A stretch of 64,000 nt of DNA, taken from NCBI RefSeq assembly GCF_006345805.1, contig NC_043019.1, positions 5,703,360-5,767,359 on the forward strand, read 5' to 3'. A model generated the notes under the pieces. It was not told the origin of the DNA. It saw only the letters and a program-made list of their open reading frames with translations, and did not search any database. The position numbers and the translations under genes were made by a program. This document shows, in pieces, positions 50,926 through 62,650 of the stretch. Position 1 is the stretch's first letter. The number at the start of each line of letters is the position of its first letter. The DNA comes from Octopus sinensis (taxonomy: Eukaryota).

Positions 50926-51863
50926 CAGTGTTGTTCTTCCCTGTCACTGTTAGACACTTTCCATTACTCCAGGACATGTGTTAAGTTGGTGGGTGCCATC
51001 ACAAAAATGAAGAAATTGACAGCTACCTCCAAACGACATTTAAATTGATTGACACACGCTAAATACTAAGGTACAGACGAATATGCACTGTAAGAAGTGT
51101 GTTTGTGTATACATACACACACACACACACACACGTATATGTGTGTGTATGTATAAATATTCATGTACATACATGTATACATTTACATACATACTTTTAT
51201 AAAGTAACTTGCCAGCGTTCTCTTCATCATATACACACTAATTACATTCAGTTAAAATGGCTTATTGATGTGTTTTGTTTCTCTTTTTTCCCTGACAAGA
51301 TGATCACATTGTTATATATATATATATAATATATATATATATATACTGTTGTGTCTGGGGAGAATCATTTTCTTTTTGTCCCTTTTAATTTAACACACTC
51401 ACTGGTAAAATTTCCACTCAAGAAAAGTCAATGAACAGCTTTAAGTGTTATAGCATTAAAGAAAATGTCACACAGTTATCAGTAAGTCACATTTTATATT
51501 CCCTGTTCTTGTTCAAGGTCAAAGAATCAATAGAAACCCCTTCTTCATCATGCAAATTCTCTTGCTGCTCCCTTTCTCCATACTTCTCTATAACTGTTGA
51601 TGAACTGGTGCCATCATTTCACTACCAAATCAGGGGTCACTTTGAACAGTGATAATTATATAAAAAGGGAATCAAATATTGACTGCAACTTATTTTTATT
51701 TCATATACCAGTTTAACTATTTTGTCCCCCTAACATAGTCTAATTTAGTTAAGATTGAAAAAACGGTTATGAAATTATTGCAATAAGAAGTCTAAAACTG
51801 TTCAAAGTGACCCCGTTTCACAGTATCCACAAAATATATGCTAACACAAATGTTTTGCACATA

Positions 51864-52034
51864 GGTGCTTGAGTGGCTGTGTGGTAAGTAGCTTGCTTAC
51901 CAACCACATGGTTCCGGGTTCAGTCCCACTGCGTGGCATCTTGGGCAAGTGTCTTCTGCTATAGCTCCGGGCCGACCAATGCCTTGTGAGTGGATTTGGT
52001 AGACGGAAACTGAAAGAAGCCTGTCGTATATATG

Positions 52035-52065
<31 letters not shown>

Positions 52066-52268
52066 ATGTGTTTGTCCCCCTAGCATTGCTTGACAACCGA
52101 TGCTGGTGTGTTTACGTCCCCGTCACTTAGCGGTTCAGCAAAAAGAGACCGATAGAATAAGTACTGGGCTTACAAAGAACAAGTCCCGGGGGTGATTTGC
52201 TCGACTAAAGGCGGTGCTCCAGCATGGTCGCAGTCAAATGACTGAAACAAGTAAAAGAAAAAAAAAAA
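51864..52268 (+). mobile_element. SINE family A, full-length copy
   Basis: Head, internal microsatellite and tail. Confidence 0.9.
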
Positions 52269-52710
52269 ATTCAAGTGCCACCAGTTGATAACTCTGGAAG
52301 CCAGTAAGTGTATGGGGTCAGCAGGAGGGAATGCGTGCCGTTTTGGGGCCTACCTTTCGATGGCATCAATGCGCACCAGCCCCCCTCACTGTTGTGAGGC
52401 CCTACTCGCTAGATCAACTGGTTATCAAATAAAGCTCAGTATTCTTCTAGCTGTCGCTCATCATCTCTTTTTAGCCAAATCCAGTGGCTAGCCCCTTTTA
52501 TACTGTAGTTTATGAAGGCATTCTAAAATTGATTAGATTCAAAGTGAACTAAGAAACTATGTCAAATAGATGAATGCATACAAAAAGAACATTAAGAAGA
52601 AATAATATATTCTAGGAAAAGCCAATTTAGTATTTAACTTCTGATGACGTCAGTCGATAACAAAAGAATAAAAATTGAATCTAAATATTTAACAACATGA
52701 CGTTTAGTTA

Positions 52711-52933
52711 TCTTTACTCTCTTTTACTCTTTTACTTGTTTCAGTCATTTGACTGCGGCCATGCTGGAGCACCGCCTTTTTAATCGAGCAACTCGACCCC
52801 AGGACTTATTCTTTTTTTGTAAGCCCAGTACATATTCTATCGGTCTCTTTTGCCGAACCGCTAAGTAACGAGGACTTAAACACACCAGCATCGGTTGTCA
52901 AGCAATGCTGGGGGGAAAAACACAGACACACAA

Positions 52934-52970
<37 letters not shown>

Positions 52971-53133
52971 CGACAGGCTTCTTTCAGCTTCCGTCTACCA
53001 AATCCACTCACAAGGCATCGGTCGGCTCAGGGCTATAGCAGAAGACACTTGCCCAAGATGCCACACAGTGGGACTGAACCCGGAACCATGTGGTTGGTTA
53101 GCAAGCTACTTACCACACAGCCACTCCTGCGCC
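52711..53133 (-). mobile_element. SINE family A, full-length copy
   Basis: Head, internal microsatellite and tail on the minus strand. Confidence 0.92.
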
Positions 53134-53499
53134 TATTAATCTATCTATTAAATACGCCAAAAATGCTTTTAGAAAAATTATGCATATTAGATTATAGGAA
53201 AGCAATTATAATTAATGGGTTACTTGCTACTGAGTGCATTTCAATGTAAAATTACGCCTACAGTTTAATAATCCTAATTTAGAAGTAATTATGTGATACA
53301 TTTCCTCAAAGCTAAAGTCACATTTAAAATTGCCAGTATTTATGATGGTAACAAGCTACTCATAGTTTCATGCATTTGTAGAAACTACAAGTAGCTTGTA
53401 ACTCTATGCTGTGTACATTAAATGAGATTTATCTCTCACTGGATGGAATGCTTTATATGTTGATCTTACCTTAATGGAAAAGTAAACTATATATAAAAA

Positions 53500-53655
53500 G
53501 CACCCACTACACTCACAGAGTGGTTGGCGTTAGGAAGGGCATCCAGCTGTAGAAACTCTGCCAGATCAAGACTGGAGCCTGGTGCAGCCATCTGGTTCGC
53601 TAGCCCTTAGTCAAAATCGTCCAACCCATGCTAGCATGGAAAGCGGACATTAAAC

Positions 53656-53691
<36 letters not shown>

Positions 53692-53692
53692 A
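53500..53692 (+). mobile_element. RTE-type LINE 3' terminal module
   Basis: Same terminal module with a long (GAT)n tail. Confidence 0.8.
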
Positions 53693-53701
53693 TATATATA
53701 T

Positions 53702-55192
53702 CTGATGAGATTTTACTTTTAAATGGTTTTAATTATGATAATTAATTTATAAAGGTCTGGAATCAAAAAAGCTGTCAGAGATGATGTCTAATTTTTTTAA
53801 TTAATAAATAATTATTATCTCTCTATTTTCTTATCTTCTTATTATATATTCACTCACACACACACATACACACACACACACACACACACATAATATATGT
53901 ACCTCCTATATAGCAAGACACCAGCTTCTGCCTAACCTTTCATCATCTGACGCAAGATCAACTCTTCCAATATATATATATACATATATGTAGTTGGAAT
54001 TTACAGAAAAACAAAAGACGAAGACAGGTGTATAAACAACAAGCAGGTGTATTTGTTTGATGCACAGGAAGGTGAGAAAGTCTTTTATGTTTTGAGCATA
54101 TGCTCTTCAACAGAAAGGAACACAAAGAAGTAAACAGAGACAGAATAACATATATATATATATATGATAATAATATTAGGGAATAAATCCAAACTTACAG
54201 AGAAAAATTAGGTTTAGGATTAAATCCAATTTTATAGTATAAATATATTATATTATATTAAATTAGAGATAAAACCACTATTAGGCAAATCAAACAGTGA
54301 AAACATAAGCCAATACATAAAATTAATTTAAAAATATAAAAGTTAAAAATTAAAAAATTATTTAAATAATTTAAACTTATAAATTTTAAATATATATTTA
54401 AAATTTATAAGTTTAAATTATTTAAATAATTTTTTAATTTTAACTTTTATATTTTTAAATTAATTTTATGTATTGGCTTATGTTTTCACTGTTTGATTTG
54501 CCTAATAGTGGTTTTATCTCTAATTTAATATATTATATATATATATACATATATATGAGTTCATAATAAAGGTTACAAACCTCAATAAGGGATAATAAAT
54601 CCAATGAAAATACTGGTTAGTTATCCATTTAAAAAGTGCTGAATATTACAATTAATATTCAATTGTAAGGTAACTAGATAAACCGTGATTTATGTATATT
54701 TTAGGAAGATAAGAAAATAGAGAGATAATTAATAATTATTTAGTAATTAAAAAATTATACATCATCTCTGACAGCTGTTTGATTCCAGACCTTTATAGAT
54801 TAATTACCTTAATTAAAACCATTTAAAAGTCGAATCTCATCAGAGTTGGCCAAAGCTATACAAGTAGGTTTGGTGCTGTATACTCAACAAGCAGGAATAT
54901 GAACACCTAAATGTATATCTTTGGCCAACTCTGATGAGATTTGACTTTTAAATGGTTTTAATTATGGTAATTAATTTATAAAGGTCTGGCATAAAAAAAA
55001 AACTGTCAGAGATGGTGTCTAATTTTTTAATTAATAAATAATTATTAATTATCTCTCTATTTTCTTATCTTCTTAATATACATACACTCACTCACACACA
55101 CACACACACATACATATATGTACCTCCTATATAGCAAGACACCAGTTTCTGCCTAACCTTTCATCATCTAACACAAGATCCCCTCTTCCAAT
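53702..55192. mobile_element. Composite ~1.5-kb unit: direct repeats (53702-53971, 54931-55192), inverted copy (54706-54855), central palindrome; probably Penelope-related
   Basis: Repeat units aligned by eye; each begins with ctgatgagatt and contains gaatc...agctgtc. Confidence 0.7.
54254..54532. repeat. Spacerless AT-rich palindrome, ~140-bp arms
   Basis: Centre 54393/54394; a single 1-nt indel seen between arms. Confidence 0.93.
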
Positions 55193-55446
55193 GCCCCCTC
55201 CTCTCTCAAAGAATCCTTGTCTTGTAAAGTGACTTGGTGACCCTGCTAGTGCTGGGGTCACGTGAAACACATCCAGTCCACACTGTAAAATGGTTGGCAT
55301 TTGGAAGGGCATCCAGCTGTAAAACCCTTGCCAAATCTGACCTTGTCTGTGGTGGTGCCACATAAAAAGCACTCAGTCCACTCTGCAGAGTGGTCAGTGT
55401 TAGAAAGGGCATCCAGCCATAAAACCCTACCAAAACAGACACAATA

Positions 55447-55851
55447 GGCGCAGGAGTGGCTGTGTGGTAAGTAGCTTGTTTACCAACCACATGGTTCCGG
55501 GTTCAGTCCCACTGCGTGGCACCTTGGGCAAGTATCTTCTACTATAGCCTCAGGCTGACCAAAGCCTTGTGAGTGGATTTGGTAGATGGAAACTGAAAGA
55601 AGCCCGTCGTATATATGTATATATATATGCGTGTGTGTGTTTGTGTGTCTGTGTTTATCCCCCTAGCATTGCTTGACAACCGATGCTGGTGTGTTTACGT
55701 CCCCGTCACTTAGCGGTTCGGCAAAAGAGACCAATAGAATAAGTATTAGGCTTACAAAGAATAAGTTCCGGGGTCGATTTGCTCGACTAAAGGCGGTGCT
55801 CCAGCATGGCCGCAGTCAAATGACTGAAACAAGTAAAAGAGAGTAAAGAGT
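55447..55851 (+). mobile_element. SINE family A, full-length copy inserted in an RTE-type 3' module
   Basis: aatag repeated around the insert; the host module resumes at ~55855. Confidence 0.9.
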
Positions 55852-56300
55852 AATAGCCTGAGGTAGTCTTCCACCTGGCCAGCTCCTCTCAAACCATCCA
55901 ACCCATGCCAGCATCAAAGACAGACATTAAACAATGATGATGATCACACACACAGTGGATGAGAGGACCAAGACTCCTGATGGTTGGCTGTGCTTGAGAG
56001 GACATGTGAAGCTAAGTAAGAGCATGGTTGTCTTTGCAAACAGGCATGTGTCCCCAGCATCCCTCTCAAGCTGAGCTTTCCAAATCTTGCAGGCTCATAG
56101 GTGCTGATGCCATGTAACTAGCACCTGTACCAGAGCCACATAGATGCACCCGTGCTGGTGCTGCGTAGGAGCACCCGGGACACTTTGCTGAGTGGATGGC
56201 ATTAGGAAGAACGTCCAACATTAGAAACTATGCCAAAAGAGACATGGAACCTGGGCACCTCTCCAGCTCTTGTCAAACCAGCCAACCCATGTGAGCAGAG

Positions 56301-56437
56301 AGAGTAGGTGTAAATGATGATGATGAGGAGGATGAAGATGATGATGATATATAAATATATATATATACATATATATATACACACATATACAAACATATGT
56401 ATATAATATTTACATATCATATATCGTATATATATAT

Positions 56438-56468
<31 letters not shown>

Positions 56469-56540
56469 GTATTAATGTGTATATATATATATGTATACAT
56501 GTATGTATGTATGTATGTATGTATGTATGTATGTATGTAT

Positions 56541-56572
<32 letters not shown>

Positions 56573-56625
56573 CATACATACATACATACATACATGTATA
56601 CATATATATATATACACATTAATAC

Positions 56626-56656
<31 letters not shown>

Positions 56657-56789
56657 ACGATATATGATATGTAAATATTATATACATATGTTTGTATATG
56701 TGTGTGTGTGTATATATATATGTATATATATATATTTATATATCATCATCATCTTCATCCTCCTCCTCATCATCATTTACACCTACTCT
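56301..56789. repeat. ~490-bp fold-back palindrome of local sequence
   Basis: agagtaggtgtaaatgatgatg... mirrored by ...catcatcatttacacctactct; (TATG)n and (CATA)n mirror each other. Confidence 0.9.
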
Positions 56790-56794
56790 TATAC

Positions 56795-56827
<33 letters not shown>

Positions 56828-57350
56828 ATATACTCTTTCCTCTGCCACTGCTAATCTCTCTCATCTTATCCTCTCTCCACACTGATATTTCCCACCAATC
56901 ACATCTCCACACTTGAACTCTTTATTCTTAAACAAGAATCTTGTTGACAGTGACTTCAAAGTTTCAACAAGACAAGCCACCATAGGGCATGTGTGTGTGT
57001 GTGTGTGTGGCTTTATGTCTGTGTTTTTCCCCACCTCTACTGCTTGACAACCAGTGTTTGGTATTCTCAACGTATCATGACTTAGCAGTTCAGCAAAAGG
57101 GACAGATAGAATAAGTATCAGGCTTAGAAGAAAAAAAAAAAAGAAGGTACTGGGGCCTATTTTTTCAACTGAAATTTTTCAAGGCAGTGCTCCAGTATGG
57201 CTGTAAAGAAGAGATCAGTAATTACAAGTATCCAGGGCTATTTCATGTCAAAATATCATCAAAATAAAATATATCAACATTTTTCAGGTTTTATATTCTT
57301 TCAACTGGAAACACTAAAACATTAGAGTAATAAAATATAAGATAACAAAC

Positions 57351-57382
57351 CTCTTCTCATTTTCAGCGGTGGGGGTCATATT
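57351..57382 (-). CDS. Candidate 32-nt coding exon (NMTPTAENEK-R)
   Basis: Strong acceptor ttcaatcattttctatatttcag, donor AG|gtttgt; only phase 0 to 2 is open. Confidence 0.45.
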
Positions 57383-57734
57383 CTGAAATATAGAAAATGA
57401 TTGAAACATTATTTCAGGAATAAACACATTTTTTTGTTATTATTTCAATCTATTATTTATGTGTAATGATAATGATATATTACGGAGATGTACTTGCATA
57501 GCAAGTGACCTGATCTGAGATCGTGTGCTGGAACGAAAACAATTGCAGCGTGGAAGGTGTTTATAAGCCATTTAAGAAACACACAAAAACCGTTAGATTC
57601 ACTTCAACATTTAAATTTCATTTGTCAGAATATTTTCGTCGCTTTGAGACTGCGACCTGTTCACTGACAAAACTTCGTGCTGCATATAATACAGCTGTAG
57701 AAAATATAATTAAAATATTTATGTATTCGAGCGA

Positions 57735-58030
57735 GGTCGTTGCCAGTGCCACTGGACTGGCTCCTGTGCAGGTGGCACGTAAAAAAACATCATTTGATCG
57801 TGGATGTTGCCAGTACCGCCTGACTGACCCTTGTGCTGGTGGCATGTAAAAACACCCACCACACTCTCGGAGTGGTTGGCATTAGGAAGGGCATCCAGCT
57901 GTAGAAACTCTGCCAGGTCAAGATTGGAGCCTGGTGCAGCCATCTGGCTCGCCAGTCCTCAGTCAAATCATCCAACCCATGCTAGCATGGAAAGCAGATG
58001 TTAAACGATGATGATGATGATGATGATGTA
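57735..58030 (+). mobile_element. RTE-type LINE 3' end copy
   Basis: Terminal module and (GAT)n tail. Confidence 0.8.
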
Positions 58031-58121
58031 TGTATATATGTATGTATGTATGTACGTGTGTGCATGTGTGCATGTGTGTGTGTGTGTGTGTGTAATTACA
58101 TGCTGGAACTAAACACTCCAA

Positions 58122-58293
58122 GTGCAGGAGTGGCTGTGTGGTAAGTAGCTTGCTAACCAACCACATGGTTCCGGGTTCAGTCCCACTGCGTGGCATCTTG
58201 GGCAAGTGTCTTCTGCTATAGCCCCGGGCCGACCAATGCCTTGTGAGTGGATTAGGTAGACGGAAACTGAAAGAAGCCTGTCGTATATATGTA

Positions 58294-58383
<90 letters not shown>

Positions 58384-58597
58384 TTGTGTGTCTGTGTTTG
58401 TCCCCCTAGCATTGCTTGACAACCGATGCTGGTGTGTTTACGTCCCCGTCACTTAGCGGTTCGGCAAAAAGAGACCGATAGAATAAGTACTGGACTTACA
58501 AAAAGAATAAGTCCCGGGGTCGATTTGCTCGACTAAAGGCGGTGCTCCAGCATGGCCACAGTCAATTGACTGAAGCAAGTAAAAGAGTAAAGAGTAA
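58122..58597 (+). mobile_element. SINE family A, full-length copy
   Basis: Head, internal (TA)n and tail. Confidence 0.92.
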
Positions 58598-58659
58598 ATC
58601 GACCCCGGGACTTATTCTTTTTGTAAGTCCAGTACTTATTCTATCGGTCTCTTTTATCA

Positions 58660-58960
58660 AACCTTTTTCATATGAAGGATATCACTCGTTCCATGCAAAG
58701 TTAATAAAGCTGGGCAAAGACCCAAAGAGCTGCTGCCCTCAAGGGAGAGAAAGTAGAATTAGCAGTTCCTCACTTTGTTTGCCATGAGTGTGGCCGGATA
58801 TGCTTGTCAAATGTGGGACTCTAAAGCCACCTCAGGGGTCACCTAGACAACTTGCCAACAGATTCTGCTCAATTTATTATTACAGGCTGGCTTACCTGTG
58901 ATGTATGCACCAAAGTCTGCAAGAGCTGTTCCAAATACATGAGACATTTGAAAACCCATA
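58660..58960 (+). mobile_element. RTE-type LINE C-terminal C2H2-like remnant
   Basis: FVCHECGRICLSNVGL*SHLRGH and LTCDVCTKVCKS...RHLKTH. Confidence 0.55.
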
Positions 58961-59025
58961 ATAATACTTCCCCTGTGAGGCCTAACTGTCAGGCAGAAAA
59001 CAGGGATTTAGTTTGCATGCATTAA

Positions 59026-59245
59026 CCCTTTCGTTACCAATTCGGCTGAAACTGCCTCCTGCTCTGAGGACAAATGTCTTGTTTTCATAAGTTTTGAATT
59101 AAAATCTTCCACCAAACCTTAGTCACAATTTATGTTCCTAACACTAGCTTAATGATAACTAAGTTATTCTACTAAATTCTTTGTTATATTTAGAATAATT
59201 GAAAGAAACACAGAACATCTCAAAATAAATATAGCAATGAAAGGG
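59026..59245. mobile_element. piggyBac-like MITE, 220 bp
   Basis: TTAA at 59022-25 and 59246-49; TIRs ccctttcgttacca / tagcaatgaaaggg. Confidence 0.85.
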
Positions 59246-59349
59246 TTAAAACAAACTCTGTAAGCCTCTCATAAGTCACTGTTGATCTCATATTCGTAGG
59301 AACAATCAGTTAGAAGTCAATCTGTCAGCCATGCTCATCTAATGAGTTG

Positions 59350-59700
59350 ACAGCCAGCATGTATGTATGTATGCATGTATGTATGTATGTATGTACTTAT
59401 GTATGTATGTATGTATATATGTATGTATGTACTTATGTATGTATGTATGTATATATGTATGTATGTATGTGTGTATGTATGTATGTATGTATGTATGTAT
59501 GTATGTATGTATGTATGTATGTACGCTTGTATGTATGTATGTATGTATGCATGTATGTATGTATGTACATATGTACGCTTGTATGTACGTATGTATGTAC
59601 ATATGTACGTTTGTATGTATGTATGTATGTATGTATGTATGCATGTATGTATGTACGTATGTATGTAGGTATGCATGTATATATGTATGTATGTATGCAA
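59350..59700. repeat. (TATG)n microsatellite
   Basis: Direct reading. Confidence 0.95.
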
Positions 59701-59849
59701 TTATTTCTAGATTTTATTTCTGAATTTTTGACAAAAGAAGCTGGATCCTAACCAAAATCAAAGGCTTCTTCATTGAAATTTCGACAGAATAGCTGTGTAT
59801 AAGTGCAGGTATTTGATGTTTTACTGATGTTTAAATTTATGTATGTATA

Positions 59850-60110
59850 TCCATGTGCATAGTTTCATGTTTAGACACGTGCCTATGTCCTCATATGTTA
59901 AACTTTTGAAAGTCGTACATTCTCTGACAGCTCAAGTGACAGCTGATGTCTGTAGTCTTCCAATTAACCTTTTCCTTTCTGGTTTTGAGGATCAAGATTT
60001 TCTCAGAATTGGTACTGAGGTAGTTGGTTACATTTCAAAGTGATCCAGTAATTACAGGTATAAATCTAAACTTGTAATTCAGGTGGACTATCTATAAATT
60101 TATCAGCGGT
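59850..60110 (-). mobile_element. Probable R4-like LINE C-terminal remnant
   Basis: NYKFRFIPVITGSL* and RLQTSAVT*AVRECTTF resemble the IPVVIGALG ... LQ...VxGTVKI segment. Confidence 0.4.
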
Positions 60111-60150
60111 TCTACATAGGTGTTTTCGTTTTTGTTCATCTTTAGCTATA

Positions 60151-60559
60151 TACTCTTTACTCTTTTACTTGTTTCAGTCATTTGACTGCGGCTATGCTGG
60201 AGCACCACCTTTAGTCGAGCAAATCAACCCCGGGACTTATTCTTTGTAAGCCCAGTACTTATTCTATCGGTCTCTTTTTTTGCCGAACCGCTAAGTGACG
60301 GGGACGTAAACACACCAGCATCAGTTGTCAAGCAATGCTAAGGGGACAAACACAGACACACAAACACACACACATATATATATATATACATATATATGAC
60401 AGGCTTCTTTCAGTTTCCGTCTACCAAATCCACTCACAAGGCATTGGTCGGCCCGGGGCTATAGCAGAAGACACTTGCCCAAGATGCCACGCAGTGAGAC
60501 TGAACCCGGAACCATGTGGATGGTTAGCAAGCTACTTACCACACAGCCACTCCTGCGCC
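60151..60559 (-). mobile_element. SINE family A, full-length copy
   Basis: Head, internal microsatellite and tail. Confidence 0.92.
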
Positions 60560-61002
60560 TATGTTTGTATATATGTCTGTAGAGATACACATACACACAA
60601 ATATATATTTAATTTGAAATAACCACAAATAAATTATAAGTTTTCAACAACAATGTGTTTCTAGATGCGAAACATTGATAAAAATATATAAGCATGTTAC
60701 CACATCAATGAAATAATAAAGACAGTCAGAGAAAATTTCACATAATGTGTATGTCTAGGTGTATATACTGTGTGCATTATACATTCCACTGTTAAAATGA
60801 GAGATACAAAAAATAATGAAAAACATCAAACACAAATATACTCTGTCCAAAATATGACTTTTGGATTTCCAGCCAGTCATGATGAAATATTCATCATTAG
60901 GGGCAATGGTACTTCTATACACCAAATTCTTCCCCTCCATCATAGTCCCTCCCTCTGTTGCCATGGGCTTCACCTAATTTCCAAATTTGCTTTTGTACCT
61001 AC

Positions 61003-61053
61003 CTTTGTTTCTAAAGTGTCAATATTTAAAGAATACTCCAAAACATTGGAAAA
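61003..61053 (-). CDS. Candidate 51-nt coding exon (FSNVLEYSLNIDTLETK)
   Basis: Acceptor ccttctgtggttcag, donor AAG|gtaggt, phase 0-0, open frame. Confidence 0.45.
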
Positions 61054-61639
61054 CTGAACCACAGAAGGTTGGGCTTTTTTTTTTCTTAGGAATTATTCTG
61101 AAGACTTCTGATCCTCAATCAGATTCTTATCATCTCTGCAACTATTTGACAATTTAATTTATGAGAAACTTTATTTTTATTTCATTTTATTTTATCTAGT
61201 TTCAGCTCACGTGGCCATGCTGGGGCACCGCCATTCAAAGACAAAGTCGACCTCGGCGGAATTTGAACACTGAACGTAGCGACAGGCGAAATACCACTAA
61301 GCATTTCGACCGGCGTGTTAACGATTCTAACTTGGTCAATATTCTGCTCACTTTGGTATCCCTTGTCCAGGTAACACTGCTAAAGGGATTTGGGGGTGTT
61401 GGGTTCACATAAACGCTGCACTCTGTCTCTTTTCTGTTTCATTTCTTGCATTTGTGCTTGCTCCTCTTTGATATACAACTTTCTATCCAACATGGATTAG
61501 TTCCAACAAACAGAGGCAGGCACAAGTGTGACCATGAGTACAGAAACATCCAAGAGTGGGTGCAAAATATTGAGCATGCGCACACAGATGAAGATGAGGA
61601 CTGAGTGGGCATGACAACAATCACAAACACAAGCACAGC

Positions 61640-62650
61640 TGTCACCAGGACGATGGCAATGAACGTGAGCATGGCTGAGGCCCTACAACAGTGGAGGAAG
61701 TATAGTTTGTTTGTTCCAGAGCTGGGAAAATTGACTCAAAGAATTTGGAACAATTTACACAACCAAAACATCTTTGAGTCTCTTTTGGATCAATCTAATT
61801 AATGTTCAAGCTGTTACATTCTGCAAGGGTCAAACTATTTTGACTTTCGGTTGATACTTCAGAGGCATATTAAGCCTGGATGAGCTCCACATTTTCCTCT
61901 CCCTCAGGACTGGATTCGATGTATGTAGAGGAATGAATGAATCATTGTGGCAAGTCTCTAGATTCCAAAAGTCTTCTCAAATTATATCATGTAGAGAGAA
62001 TGTGGTTTTCATTGAGATTAATCTAATCATTGTACAATCCTTTGCCATTGTAAACATCACCTCGATTCTGGAACCACAAAAGTAGTTTAAGGACAACTGG
62101 AAGGGGCCAGATGGACTCACTCTTTGCCCTTGGACTAGAAACAGATTCTCCATATGGAACACAATCATTAGCGACCCTTTGGTTCAATCACACGTGTGGA
62201 GGCACATGGCCTAGTGGTTAGAGCAGCAGACTTGCGGTCGAGGGATCGTGGGTTCGAATCTCAGACTGGGTGATGTGTGTGTTTATGAGCGAAACACCTA
62301 AGCTCCACACAGCTCCAGCAGAAGGTAATGGCGAAACTTCTGCTGACTCTTTCACCACAACTTTCTCTCACTCTTTCCTCCTGCATCTTGCAGCTCATCT
62401 GCGACGGACCAGCGTCTGGTTCAGGTGGGGAACCTATACGCCAAAGAAACCGGGAAACCGGCCCTTATGAGCCAGGCATGGCTCGAGAAGGAACAAACAA
62501 AAAGAAACAGTCACATGTCATATAATGTTCCAGCAGAGGCTGGAGTTACTGCATTCATAACTCAATGGAATAAGGTGCTGAAATACCATAATCTGTCATT
62601 AATTAAATCTTACAGATTATGGCTTTTGATATGTCAGTGTGTTATTCTCA
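61640..62650 (+). mobile_element. CRE-type LINE remnant (zinc knuckle plus restriction-like endonuclease), split by a family C SINE
   Basis: LSLRTGFDVCRG, HCGKSLDS, SILEPQK*FKDNWKGPDGLTLCPW, and after the SINE AEAGVTAF...KVLKYHNL; matches the RPDGLTLxPW PD-(D/E)XK motif. Confidence 0.7.
62195..62495 (+). mobile_element. tRNA-derived SINE family C
   Basis: Box A tggcctagtggttag, box B ggttcgaatc, (AACA)n tail; ca(a/g)tcaca repeated on both sides. Confidence 0.85.

Noticed and set aside
51633-51814. Independent MITE with 18-bp TIRs ggggtcactttgaacagt
   Set aside because: The inverted repeat is real, but no TSD is visible and the true ends are uncertain, so it is not called.
61500-61680. His-rich ZIP-transporter-like pseudogene
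   Set aside because: The His/acidic stretch needs a frameshift, and it lies directly upstream of and colinear with the CRE-like LINE remnant.
62199-62275. tRNA gene
   Set aside because: Box A and B are present but no acceptor stem closes, and the sequence runs into a SINE body and tail. The same applies to family A heads.
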